This document shows positions 29,733 to 39,935 of a DNA stretch of 60,585 nucleotides, one piece after another. Source of the DNA: a virus (Duplodnaviria > Caudoviricetes); the IMG/VR virus record IMGVR_UViG_3300031518_000001, positions 1-60,585 of that record. One strand, written 5' to 3'. Every line of letters begins with the position of its first letter. Within the stretch, counting starts at the first letter, position 1. Under the pieces are notes generated by a model. The model ran no database searches. It was given only the letters and a program-made list of their open reading frames with translations, and was not told where the DNA came from. The position numbers were made by a program, and so were the translations under genes.

Positions 29733-30932
29733 ATGCCTCGAAAACCCAATGCTAACAAACAATCTATTAATAACTTAGAAGACAATCCTTTTAAACACAT
29801 AGAGTACAGGAACTTGCTCGTCATCCTATGTCGAATACCTTATGTGGAAAAATTTGACAATATAAGACCATTTTTTGAGCAGGTATTTGGAAAAGGAGTA
29901 GTAGAAACGATCTATCTAACTAATAGGTTATACGAGAGCCATACCAAAATAGAGTCTATAAAAAATGTATATATCAACTTCGTCAAAGACTTCTTTGTTG
30001 GAACAGATAGTTTTGAGTATTTAATAGATTATTTATACAAGGAGTTGTATTCTGTTAAGTTGCATAATGATATTAAGACGTTGACCGGTGATCTTTTGTT
30101 GTCTAGTGAGTATGTGGAGGAGATCGTCAAGTCTCGGAAACCCATGCCTTCGTTTGTGAATAAGGTAGCGTATCTCAGGTCTACGATAAACATTGTTGCT
30201 GCATCACCAGGTGGTGGTAAAAGTATATATCTCATGCACGAGGCCTTGTATCAAGCTATATTTAACGCTTATAACGTGCATTTATTTATATCCGGGGACT
30301 TAGACGAATCAGCTGCAATGGCTAGACTATTAGAAATCAAGGAATACTATCTTAATGCATACTCTAATATGATTTCTCAAAAAAACATAGACATAAGACG
30401 TGCGCTTCAAAGAATAAAAATTACTGTCAGCCCATACAAGCAAATAACTATATACGATGTTGCTAGAATGACAAAGAACGAAAATGTGGATTACGTAATG
30501 ATTGACTATGATGATAAGTTTATAGAAGATACTGATGAGAATATTATGTATTATACGGCTGCAAAGCCGTACGAAGTTATGGATACGTATAAAGATGGTA
30601 AGGTGATTATTTTTGCCTCCCAGATAAAACCAACTTCTTTTAAGTCTAAGAATTACACACCTATAGGTTTTTTACAGGGTTCTTCGCGTAAGGAGCATAT
30701 GGCAGATAGTATCATTGCTATGCTCCCAGGGCCTAACAAAACGACTAAGATTGTGGTTCTTAAAGACAGGCATGGACTTATGCCTATAAGTCAAGCTATC
30801 ATGCATTTTAGGATACAAAATGGCATTATAACTGAAGTTGAAGTTAAAGAAGAACTTAATTCTAATGCAAAAGCTAACGGTTCTGAAGACAACAGTGAAT
30901 ATGATTTTCAAGACGAAGTGATACCTTTCTGA
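29733..30932 (+). CDS. DnaB-like (SF4) replicative helicase
   Basis: ASPGGGKS Walker A, VMIDYD, FASQ, GSSRKEHMAD, KDRHG. Confidence 0.8.
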   Translation: MPRKPNANKQSINNLEDNPFKHIEYRNLLVILCRIPYVEKFDNIRPFFEQVFGKGVVETIYLTNRLYESHTKIESIKNVYINFVKDFFVGTDSFEYLIDYLYKELYSVKLHNDIKTLTGDLLLSSEYVEEIVKSRKPMPSFVNKVAYLRSTINIVAASPGGGKSIYLMHEALYQAIFNAYNVHLFISGDLDESAAMARLLEIKEYYLNAYSNMISQKNIDIRRALQRIKITVSPYKQITIYDVARMTKNENVDYVMIDYDDKFIEDTDENIMYYTAAKPYEVMDTYKDGKVIIFASQIKPTSFKSKNYTPIGFLQGSSRKEHMADSIIAMLPGPNKTTKIVVLKDRHGLMPISQAIMHFRIQNGIITEVEVKEELNSNAKANGSEDNSEYDFQDEVIPF

Positions 30933-30944
30933 TAATAAACGGCT

Positions 30945-31757
30945 ATGGATGAGATTAAAATTTTGGATCGGGGTTTTGTACGTCTAGTTCAAGCAATGGC
31001 CTCTGACGATCTAATCGTACAAGCCGCCCGAACGTCATATAAATGGGTTAAAAAAAGTACAGACGAAAGTCTCATAGATTACCTTATTCGTAATGAACAT
31101 AGCTCACCATTGGAATTTGCAGAGTTTATTTTTCATGTAAAGGTGCCTGTATTCGTAGCTAGACAGATGTTTAGGCACCGTACAGCTTCCATATCCGAAG
31201 TAAGCGCTAGATATACAAAAGTAGAAGATGAATATTACCATCCACAATGGAGAATGCAAAGCAAATCTAACCGTCAATGTTCTGCTGAGGAAGTTATAGT
31301 AGATGTAAACATGGATAAAGAGTACGAGGATTTACAGAAGCAAGCTTATGCTACCTACGAAAAACTTCTTGCTAAAGGTGTATCCCGAGAAGTCGCAAGA
31401 AGTTGCCTGCCCGTAGCTTACTACACCCAATTCTACTGGAAACAAGACCTTAGAAACCTTCTACACTTCATTAGACTACGCATGGACTATCATGCACAAT
31501 ACGAAGTCAGAGTCGTTGCCGAAGCTTTTACATACTTCGTGCAAAAATATTGCCCAATAACATATAAGTCCTTTATGAACAACATTGTGAATAGTGTAAG
31601 ATTTACAAGTCACGAAATACAACTACTGTTTAACGAAAGCAAAATTGAACAAATGTATGAAGCGTTAGAAAAACTAGAAGGTACGAAAAAACAAGAACTA
31701 AGAGAAAAATTAGATAAAATCAGACATATTTTAATCGATGCTAGCATAAAGCCCTAA
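30945..31757 (+). CDS. thyX: Flavin-dependent thymidylate synthase
   Basis: AARTSY, HSSPLE, RQMFRHRTASISEVSARY, EVARSCLP, HFIRLR, HAQYE. Confidence 0.97.
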   Translation: MDEIKILDRGFVRLVQAMASDDLIVQAARTSYKWVKKSTDESLIDYLIRNEHSSPLEFAEFIFHVKVPVFVARQMFRHRTASISEVSARYTKVEDEYYHPQWRMQSKSNRQCSAEEVIVDVNMDKEYEDLQKQAYATYEKLLAKGVSREVARSCLPVAYYTQFYWKQDLRNLLHFIRLRMDYHAQYEVRVVAEAFTYFVQKYCPITYKSFMNNIVNSVRFTSHEIQLLFNESKIEQMYEALEKLEGTKKQELREKLDKIRHILIDASIKP

Positions 31758-31780
31758 CCTATTTCGATAATATAAAAAGT

Positions 31781-32350
31781 ATGGTTTCTAAAAAAGTAAG
31801 TTCGTTTCCAACTGATATAGAAAAGTACTATCAAGATCTATCTCTTCTTATAAATACAGATGTTTTACTTATCAAAAATGAATGCACTACTGACTATCTG
31901 TATCTAACGATAGACCTGCCTAAGTTCTATAAGATGTTATTGGTGGAATACATCAACAATTCAGACTCGCAACTCGTTAATGCTTTGATATACGCTCTCT
32001 ATAACTTATGTAGGAAGTATGTGTTAGAGGTATCTAAAGCCAATTTCCATTGTGACTTCAAAAATTGGATTTACTATAATGTTAATCTATTAACTTCTGG
32101 TCAGGAGTTAGGTGTTTGTTCTTTGGTTTATCCATTTATATCGCACGGTATATTGTTGAACAATATTGATGATTATGATTCTATGTTGTCACCGCAGAGC
32201 AGTGCTTATATAAGTTATTTATTGAAAAAACCCGGAGAAAACTACGAAAAAAAGGATTTAGATTATTTATCACAGTTTAGTATGCGTTTTATAGGCGATA
32301 TTCATCGTTTTGATTTGTTACTACGTCGTGTGGTGGGCAAGAGCTTGTAG
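31781..32350 (+). CDS. Hypothetical protein
   Basis: ORF with TTTCGAT-N12-ATG. Confidence 0.75.
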   Translation: MVSKKVSSFPTDIEKYYQDLSLLINTDVLLIKNECTTDYLYLTIDLPKFYKMLLVEYINNSDSQLVNALIYALYNLCRKYVLEVSKANFHCDFKNWIYYNVNLLTSGQELGVCSLVYPFISHGILLNNIDDYDSMLSPQSSAYISYLLKKPGENYEKKDLDYLSQFSMRFIGDIHRFDLLLRRVVGKSL

Positions 32351-32459
32351 CTTTGTAAGAATTTGTATACTCTTAACACTATGTAGAAAATAAGTGCTAA
32401 CTGCTCGAGAACAGGCTTGGCATCCATGTAATATTGTGTTCTTGTTAGTATATTTTCTC

Positions 32460-32975
32460 ATGGAAATAAAGGCCAGAATTTTGCCTATCGAGCAGAAAGC
32501 ATCAGATGGAAGCATATTTCCTCGCAAGGTATTAATAGACTACTTGGAATCCGATACCTACAAGCATCGGATTGCAACTAGAACATGTCTTGGGAGTATA
32601 ACACACGGTAATAGAGATCAGAAAACAAACAAGTATAGTTTAGTACCTGCCGTTGATCAGATGCTTTTAAACATGATGATTACGCATTATGTATCTAAGA
32701 TGTTTATAGAGGGAGACTGGCTATGTGGTACGCTCGTGCTATTACCTGTTGAACCCTTCGAGAGTACACATATCGGTGATTGGATCAAAATGATACGGGG
32801 ATTAGTCATGTCGGGTATTGAACTACCTGTTTCAGCTGTAGTAGTCGGTGAATGGCAAAAAGATGTTTGCACTAAGATATACGACATCCCAGGCGTTGAT
32901 TTTACACTAGACCCAGGTTTCAAAAAAGCTGGACTAGTACTTAGACCAGATAAGACGTTTAGTAGAAAGAGATAA
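32460..32975 (+). CDS. Prohead maturation protease (T4 gp21/HK97-like)
   Basis: LGSITH, THYV, PVSA and GVDFTLDPGF motifs; start placed 4 nt after GTATATTT (32448-32455). Confidence 0.7.
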   Translation: MEIKARILPIEQKASDGSIFPRKVLIDYLESDTYKHRIATRTCLGSITHGNRDQKTNKYSLVPAVDQMLLNMMITHYVSKMFIEGDWLCGTLVLLPVEPFESTHIGDWIKMIRGLVMSGIELPVSAVVVGEWQKDVCTKIYDIPGVDFTLDPGFKKAGLVLRPDKTFSRKR

Positions 32976-33469
32976 TGTTCAGAAAAAACAATGTTAGACG
33001 TAACCGTGCAATACCATATTACATAAAGCTCAGGGGAGACGAATTTAGAATCGTACAACCAGAAAATGGGCATATCCAGCCATTAATAGTAAGAACTCTG
33101 AATAATAGTAATTACCCAGACAATCTACTTGAGGCGAGTATTATTTACGAGCCAATATGCGATAACATAGATATAGACCATAACGACACAGTATTTTGGA
33201 ATGTGAGACAGGTAAATATAAATATCATGGATATCTGTGAGGTAAGTAGTAGTACTGTAATTAATGTAACAACACCTGACGATGGTGGTGGAGGCGGTGG
33301 AGGCGGCGGCGGCGGCGGAGGTGGAGGAGGCGGCGGCGGAGGCGGTGGGGGAGGTACAGGGGATTACATGATGTGTTACGACGCCGACAAAGATGGTGTT
33401 CCGCCAACTGACCAAAGCGGTGGTGGCAACTCTGGCTGGGGCCGTGAGCCAAAACGCAGGTACGAATAA
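32975..33469 (+). CDS. Hypothetical protein with 24-residue poly-Gly tract
   Basis: ORF coupled to the protease gene. Confidence 0.75.
   Translation: MFRKNNVRRNRAIPYYIKLRGDEFRIVQPENGHIQPLIVRTLNNSNYPDNLLEASIIYEPICDNIDIDHNDTVFWNVRQVNINIMDICEVSSSTVINVTTPDDGGGGGGGGGGGGGGGGGGGGGGGGTGDYMMCYDADKDGVPPTDQSGGGNSGWGREPKRRYE
33284..33355 (+). repeat. (GGN)24 trinucleotide tract
   Basis: 72 nt of mixed Gly codons. Confidence 0.95.
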
Positions 33470-33487
33470 ATATAAGTATATTTCCAT

Positions 33488-34366
33488 ATGACTAATATTC
33501 CTAATAGAGCGATAGCAGAACATTTATCTAAAATGAGCTACTGTGTCAGCCTCAGTCCTGTGGCTACTGTTCAATTCCCAAACAGGATCTCATATGCTAA
33601 CTACCCATTTGTTAATAATCAGAAGCCACCAGGGGCTATACTAAACTTTTTGTTGTTATTCAGACACCTGAACAATGGAGAAGATAATACAGGAAACGAT
33701 ACAGAAAATACTTGTTGTCGTGCAGGGTTTGACCAAAATGACATAATAGTTAATAATAAGATCAGGTATATAATTAGCAACGTAAAGGATATAGATCAAA
33801 GGCTAAGTTACGATTTCAAATACGATTTGATACGATATAATACTATATATAACATGACACAAGAAGATGTTGCAGTCGGTACTTACATATTTATTCCCGA
33901 ATCTTATGTTTGGTATCTGAGTACTGAGCATCCTAATCGCACTGGGATGATAGTGAAGTTGCAGGCTCGTACCGATAGTGGTAGTGGGAGGCCATTGCAT
34001 AGTATTATAGGCACAAACGCCTTACCTAACCACATGTTAGTACTGGCTTGTATTGCCCTTCAATCTGGTTATTCCCAGTCGCTTGAAACTGTGAATGGTA
34101 ATAACATTGAAATAGTTGACTTAGCATATATGCCTATACTATGCAGTGTTGATGAACAAATTATTAAAGACGTCATGTATAGTCATGGCTTTGTTTTGGA
34201 GTTTAGTTTGCCAATAGAGTTTGAGGTAAGGGATGTAGATCGAGTTAGAGTAATTAGTTACGACCGTGTACTTTTAGGGAATGCTTACTTTGCATCTAGT
34301 GGTGGGCCTGTTGCAAACTATATTGTACAGCCGTATCGTACTATTAGGTTTTTGAACGGGGCGTAG
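33488..34366 (+). CDS. Hypothetical, probably virion protein
   Basis: 292-aa ORF; GTATATTT at 33476-33483. Confidence 0.75.
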   Translation: MTNIPNRAIAEHLSKMSYCVSLSPVATVQFPNRISYANYPFVNNQKPPGAILNFLLLFRHLNNGEDNTGNDTENTCCRAGFDQNDIIVNNKIRYIISNVKDIDQRLSYDFKYDLIRYNTIYNMTQEDVAVGTYIFIPESYVWYLSTEHPNRTGMIVKLQARTDSGSGRPLHSIIGTNALPNHMLVLACIALQSGYSQSLETVNGNNIEIVDLAYMPILCSVDEQIIKDVMYSHGFVLEFSLPIEFEVRDVDRVRVISYDRVLLGNAYFASSGGPVANYIVQPYRTIRFLNGA

Positions 34367-34428
34367 AGTATGACGGCACGTTGGCCAATTTTCTATACCT
34401 TGCGCCTGCGGGTGAGTATACAGGTACC

Positions 34429-36246
34429 ATGAGCAGCCTAGATACATCTAAGGCCGACCTACTTCGGCAGGCCTTCTCGAAAATACCTGTAAAAGCAGTC
34501 AACTATTATCAAAACAAACCTTTGTATCTTACAGTAACTGTACAAGATAACATATGCGCTATAAGGCTTCCATATGTACATAATGCTAATACACAAGATT
34601 TTATCGTTATAAAGGATGCTCTTAAGAAATATAGTTTTAAGTATAATCCTGCGCCTGATAATATTTGGCGTGGGGACAAGCGGCAGTTTGCCCTTTTTGC
34701 GTCGCAGTACTTTGAGTACCTAAGCATAGAAGCTCGCATCATAGCATACGAGTTAGGTGCAAAGAATAGGTATATAGACGCTATCAACGAAAAACTGCAA
34801 CAACTAGAAACGAATGCAAACGAAAGTTTAGATATACCCATCCCCGATAGTATAGCTAAGTCAGTCAGTAAGGATATTGAAATGGTTAAGGGTTTGATAC
34901 CTAGTCTGCGAGATTATCAGGTAGAGGGTGTGAGGCATATTCTGTTAGCTTATAACAATGGGAAGAAAGGATTTCTGTTATGCGACGAACAAGGACTAGG
35001 TAAAACAGTACAAACTATTGCATTCCTGCTAGCAACATATCGTAAGGGTATGACGGTCGTCATAATGGCGCCGGACGTAATGATTCAAGAATGGTACGAT
35101 AGAATTGTAGAGTTTGACATACAGCGTTTTTTATTGACAAGAGTAACTTTAAAAAATCCGTTACCGCAAAGGATAAATATTATCAATTACGCTTCTCTTA
35201 CAGCTAAGAGTAAGCTGCCTTCTCTTTTGAATTTACAACCAGACATTATAGTATTTGATGAAATACAGAATTTAAAAAGTCTAAAATCTAAGCGTGTTAA
35301 GAATGTAATGCCATTAGCCAGTAAGGCTAGATTTATTCTAGGTCTTACTGGGACGCTTGTTAAGAATAGGCCAGTAGAGGCTTACAATATATTACGCTTG
35401 CTTGATATGTTGCCCAATGGAATAAAAGATGTAGTAAAGTTTATAAAGAATTTTGAAGGTGAGACAGCGGCGTACTATTATAGGACAGGTAATCATTCTC
35501 GTTATTATCGTACGATAGAAGCCGAGAAAGCAGCCAGCCTTATAACTTATGTAAAGAGTACGCAGCAATACATAAGGCGATTAAAGAAGGAAGTGTTATC
35601 CGAGTTACCTGCTAAGAGTCGTATCTTTGTTAACATAGATATTGCTAATCCATCGGATACTCATCTTATGGAAGCTATTAGTGAGGAAGCTAAGATTAAG
35701 AGTATGTTGGAAGCTAACCTTAAACTACCAAGAGACATCGCTTTGCGTATTTCTACCTATCGTCGCCTTATAGGCATTGAAAAAGCTCGTTGGGTTGTCA
35801 GCTATATACTAAATAAGTTTGATGGTAAAAATAAGTTTATTGTTTATGCCCATCATAACGAAGTTATAGATTATATTAAGATGAAGTTGTCAGAGGCATG
35901 GTCTGATTATGAGATTTATGTTATTGATGGGCGGGTTTCTAGGGCTGAGAGAGCTAGGGCGGTCGCTGCTTTTCAATCTAGCGCGGCCGAGAAAGCCATT
36001 ATCATCGCTTCATTAGCTGTAGCCTCGGAGGGACTGACCCTAACCGCTACCGACGAAATAGTATTTGCAGAAACAGATTGGGTGCCAGCAACTATGCTAC
36101 AAGCCGAAGACCGAATTCACCGTTTCTCACAAAAATCCAATAAATGTACCTACCACTACATAATAGCTATTGGAACATTAGATCAATACATATATAATGT
36201 TATTAGACAAAAGGAACGCTACCTAAAATACATAAATACTCAATAA
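34429..36246 (+). CDS. SNF2-family helicase (SMARCAL1/HARP-like)
   Basis: LRDYQ, DEQGLGKT, FDEIQ, LTGT, EGLTLT, QAEDRIHR; ATG at 34429 preferred because TACCTTGCG lies at 34396-34404. Confidence 0.9.
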   Translation: MSSLDTSKADLLRQAFSKIPVKAVNYYQNKPLYLTVTVQDNICAIRLPYVHNANTQDFIVIKDALKKYSFKYNPAPDNIWRGDKRQFALFASQYFEYLSIEARIIAYELGAKNRYIDAINEKLQQLETNANESLDIPIPDSIAKSVSKDIEMVKGLIPSLRDYQVEGVRHILLAYNNGKKGFLLCDEQGLGKTVQTIAFLLATYRKGMTVVIMAPDVMIQEWYDRIVEFDIQRFLLTRVTLKNPLPQRINIINYASLTAKSKLPSLLNLQPDIIVFDEIQNLKSLKSKRVKNVMPLASKARFILGLTGTLVKNRPVEAYNILRLLDMLPNGIKDVVKFIKNFEGETAAYYYRTGNHSRYYRTIEAEKAASLITYVKSTQQYIRRLKKEVLSELPAKSRIFVNIDIANPSDTHLMEAISEEAKIKSMLEANLKLPRDIALRISTYRRLIGIEKARWVVSYILNKFDGKNKFIVYAHHNEVIDYIKMKLSEAWSDYEIYVIDGRVSRAERARAVAAFQSSAAEKAIIIASLAVASEGLTLTATDEIVFAETDWVPATMLQAEDRIHRFSQKSNKCTYHYIIAIGTLDQYIYNVIRQKERYLKYINTQ

Positions 36247-36247
36247 T

Positions 36248-37051
36248 ATGATTACACAATTGGGATATAAAGTTATATTGTATAAAAATCTCAGTATTGA
36301 TAAGCCTATAAAAACTAACTTACTCGTAAAAGAAAACATAAAAACATTATTGGACATACACAAAAACTTTAGTTATTACGATTTAGTAAATGTGTTTGGG
36401 ATTTTGAATGAGAGATGGTCGCCTCAAGTTAGGAATCAGGTTTCGGAAAGATACTTAGACTTAGGTATAATAGAGCAAAAAAATGATAAAATTAGACTCA
36501 CACATTACGCCCTCAAGATTGGTATAGAGTACCTTATACTATATGGAATAGTAAGAACCTGTACTGATACCACACTAAATACTTACATAGAAAATCAAAT
36601 AAGAAAGAGTGCTGGGGAAGCAGGTGGTTTGAATAAAACAGCTATGATGCAGTTTTTACATCTCATGGGTCTGACATACGATGAGTCTTATGAATACGAT
36701 TTTTATGTAGATTTGATAGCTAACATTGTTAATTCTCTACATACTCCATATCGTCCATTAGCGAGTAAAATGAGATTAGGTAATAATCAGTTGGTAGAGG
36801 CATTGTATTTGTATAACCGTCTCCGTTTTTGGGTATCGAGTAAAGACATAAAGACCGATCTTGTTACACAACTGTTATTAAACGGTATGTTAGACTATAA
36901 GCATAGTGATGGATTAGACTTATTTAGACTCAACAGTTCAGGACAAGCATTTGTTACACACAAATACGCTCTTAAAATCCATAACATAGTTTATGGAAGA
37001 CAAAAGGTAGAGGTACCTACATTCTTTGTTTATGACTATGTACTACTTTAG
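36248..37051 (+). CDS. Hypothetical protein
   Basis: ORF immediately after SNF2. Confidence 0.75.
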   Translation: MITQLGYKVILYKNLSIDKPIKTNLLVKENIKTLLDIHKNFSYYDLVNVFGILNERWSPQVRNQVSERYLDLGIIEQKNDKIRLTHYALKIGIEYLILYGIVRTCTDTTLNTYIENQIRKSAGEAGGLNKTAMMQFLHLMGLTYDESYEYDFYVDLIANIVNSLHTPYRPLASKMRLGNNQLVEALYLYNRLRFWVSSKDIKTDLVTQLLLNGMLDYKHSDGLDLFRLNSSGQAFVTHKYALKIHNIVYGRQKVEVPTFFVYDYVLL

Positions 37052-37073
37052 ATAATATTAGTATATTTATGGC

Positions 37074-37802
37074 ATGCCAGGATATCTTTTCTACTATCAT
37101 AGACAGACTCCAGCGATTAAACTGCCCAACTTACATGAGATTTTAAATAATTCTGGCAATCACAGCATTATTTCGTACGAACGGGTTACGGATTTTGGTA
37201 TTGTCCCGTTTTTATTTGTTGAGGGTATGCCAGCTAATCCACATTATGATCTTGCATCAAAGATCAGAGAACATCTAAAAAAACAAAATGTAGAACCAGA
37301 AAAGATAAAGGTTATAACCTACCCAAGAGACGAGCTATATCAATACAGCCAGTCTCGTATCCCTTGGCATTACATAGGACCTAAACTTGTAAGACAAAAA
37401 ATAAATATAGAGCAAATAAACAAGAGGGTAGATAAGATTACTTTAGACAAGGCGGAGGTTGTCTTTTTAGAAAGTAGTAAGGCGGGGAAAGAACTATTAG
37501 GGCACCTAACGGAAAAAGACGTGGACGCGATAGAGATGTTGAAATTCTTCTTAGATAGAACGTCTCAGAAACTAAAAATGGATGTGCCAATAAAAGACTA
37601 CGACTTACTTTATGATATGCTGTACGACGTATACGAATACTATATATGGTATGGTGTAAGAAGTGAAATAGATAATTTCCATACTCTCATAGAAAACTTT
37701 TATCGTTACTACTTGCTCAATAAGCTACCCCAAGTTGTAGGATTATACTGGTTAGACACTTACTACGATCCAAGCACGCTAGTAACCCAAATACAATTAT
37801 GA
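37074..37802 (+). CDS. Hypothetical protein
   Basis: ORF; GTATATTT at 37061-37068. Confidence 0.75.
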   Translation: MPGYLFYYHRQTPAIKLPNLHEILNNSGNHSIISYERVTDFGIVPFLFVEGMPANPHYDLASKIREHLKKQNVEPEKIKVITYPRDELYQYSQSRIPWHYIGPKLVRQKINIEQINKRVDKITLDKAEVVFLESSKAGKELLGHLTEKDVDAIEMLKFFLDRTSQKLKMDVPIKDYDLLYDMLYDVYEYYIWYGVRSEIDNFHTLIENFYRYYLLNKLPQVVGLYWLDTYYDPSTLVTQIQL

Positions 37803-38464
37803 CGATGCTGATAACGGAAGAACTATTTGCAAAATTCGTAGACTCAGATAGTTTCATCATACCATACAATTTAAAAGACCTAGGGCAGCTTCTTAAGTCC
37901 AAACAGAATATAACAAAAAAGTTTGCGAACTCTCTAAATACAGACATATATAACTTCTTGAGCAACTACTTTGATTTAGAGTACGCTGATCAAGTTACAG
38001 TAGAACAGGTGACTAGAAAGCTACATGGTTATAAAACAGGTGTATATTATATTTTTATGACTCTCTTCGTGAGTTACTATTATCGCTCTTATTATAGTAT
38101 CCCGCATGCTTCTGTATTCTTGAAATATAACATTGGGTTGGAAGAAGCAAGTTTGTTTTGGCCTAATATAGTCTGCAAAACGGTAGATATCAGAAAAAAT
38201 ATAGTAACCGCTTTTGAGACTAATCGGTTAATAAGCACTATAAAAAAAGTGGATTACTATCTAATCAAAGAAGTAGACGAGCTTATAGATGTTAGAAAGT
38301 TACTTGGCCTCGGCAGTCAAGAGGTACTTAGCAAAATAGCTAAGTACGATCAAGCTCTGGCAATAGCCTTCGTAACTCAATCACTGGCTTATAAAATACT
38401 ATTAGACATGGATAAGAAAATAGACACATTACTTGGACTGGATGTTTATAAAAATATGGATTAG
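37799..38464 (+). CDS. Hypothetical protein
   Basis: ATGA-coupled ORF. Confidence 0.75.
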   Translation: MTMLITEELFAKFVDSDSFIIPYNLKDLGQLLKSKQNITKKFANSLNTDIYNFLSNYFDLEYADQVTVEQVTRKLHGYKTGVYYIFMTLFVSYYYRSYYSIPHASVFLKYNIGLEEASLFWPNIVCKTVDIRKNIVTAFETNRLISTIKKVDYYLIKEVDELIDVRKLLGLGSQEVLSKIAKYDQALAIAFVTQSLAYKILLDMDKKIDTLLGLDVYKNMD

Positions 38465-38469
38465 TACTA

Positions 38470-39930
38470 TCAATTATCAAAAAATTTCTTTTCTTCCTGA
38501 AGTATTTGCGTGTATATTCCGTTTATGGATTCAAACCTGCTGTCTATGTATTCAGTCACTATCTTTGTTCTTTCCATTAATTTGGTAATTTTATCTGAAT
38601 CAGGTGCATGTATTTTATATCTATTTATAATGTTGTTATGGGTTGGTACGACAATGTTATCTTTAGAGTAGTTCCATAACATTTGCAATGGATTTTTATA
38701 GTTTTTTGAATAATTAACAATTGTATTGAGAAAATTGATACCTTCCTCTAAAATTACAAAGAAGTTATCGTCTTTGAATTCTTCGACAAAAGGTTTTATA
38801 ACTTTTTTATAAAAAGTACTACCTGTTTCGTCTTTTATTTTCCTTAGTTCGCCTATAGCCGTTTTTATGACTTTATTGTCGTGTTTATCTGGGGGTTCTT
38901 TTACTTCTATGGCTAAGTATAGTAGGAGTATGTAGAATGCTGTTGGGAAATGTAATACGGCGTACCAACCTTTTTTAAAACTTTTTTGATTTTGTGCATC
39001 GATTTGTAGTTTCATTGCTTTACATGCGCATTCGGGGCGAATGTCATATCCTTTATTAGCGTAGTCAGTCCCTCTTAATACACCAGCAAAACCACCATAC
39101 AAAGAATACCGCCATAAATGAAAAGAATAAACCGAGTATCTGTGATCGTTCAATAGTGAATTGTAATATGTAGCAATATTCTGACGTTCTATATCACCTT
39201 GCGAAATTGTTGGATAATAACTAATAGATGTAATGATATAGTCCGCTATATCTAGATCGAAGACACTTTTGTAGATTCTGCGTCCGTAATGGAAATACGA
39301 TGCTATACCGAACTGTGTACCAGAATGTAGTTTATCTGCGAAATTAATTCGTGAAGGTGACATATTCAGTATAAGCTGATTACGATGAGGAACGTTACCA
39401 GCATCGTCGAAAATATGCTGAGCACCACCCTCATTACGTAAAATAAGCAAAACAGACAATAAAAGATGAGGTTTTGTAAAAACATAATCTATGATACTTT
39501 TGATGTTAGTTAGATGTTCAATACTATTTGGAGTGTTAGTTGAGTTCAAACCCTCCATTAGTATGTTGGTAATAGGATTCATACGTTCTTCCTGTACAAC
39601 AAGTCCGTTATTACCCATAAGCTTATCTAAAACAACTCCTTTACGGTCACCATAATAAACTTTTTTGCCACTGGATATAGCCACTGTTAAGTCGGGGCGA
39701 GGGTAAAAATTAGCTTTCGGTGCTAAAAATATATCCTTAACACTACTAAACGAGACAGAAGTGTCAGAAGATGACCTAAGACATAAATTAGCGTCTATAT
39801 GTTTTAACAGGTCCCTACGATTTATAGTAAAAATATTGTTACACTGATTACCGACAGCAAGATGTGTTGTATAAGTCTTGTACCCATCCCCTCCGGTACC
39901 ATTACTGATGCCAACAATTTCTAGTTTCAT
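38470..39930 (-). CDS. Hypothetical protein, possible lysozyme-like domain
   Basis: 486 aa downstream of TerL; ILRNEGG..DDAG..GTQFGI. Confidence 0.6.
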   Translation of the reverse strand: MKLEIVGISNGTGGDGYKTYTTHLAVGNQCNNIFTINRRDLLKHIDANLCLRSSSDTSVSFSSVKDIFLAPKANFYPRPDLTVAISSGKKVYYGDRKGVVLDKLMGNNGLVVQEERMNPITNILMEGLNSTNTPNSIEHLTNIKSIIDYVFTKPHLLLSVLLILRNEGGAQHIFDDAGNVPHRNQLILNMSPSRINFADKLHSGTQFGIASYFHYGRRIYKSVFDLDIADYIITSISYYPTISQGDIERQNIATYYNSLLNDHRYSVYSFHLWRYSLYGGFAGVLRGTDYANKGYDIRPECACKAMKLQIDAQNQKSFKKGWYAVLHFPTAFYILLLYLAIEVKEPPDKHDNKVIKTAIGELRKIKDETGSTFYKKVIKPFVEEFKDDNFFVILEEGINFLNTIVNYSKNYKNPLQMLWNYSKDNIVVPTHNNIINRYKIHAPDSDKITKLMERTKIVTEYIDSRFESINGIYTQILQEEKKFFDN

Positions 39931-39935
39931 AGTAT

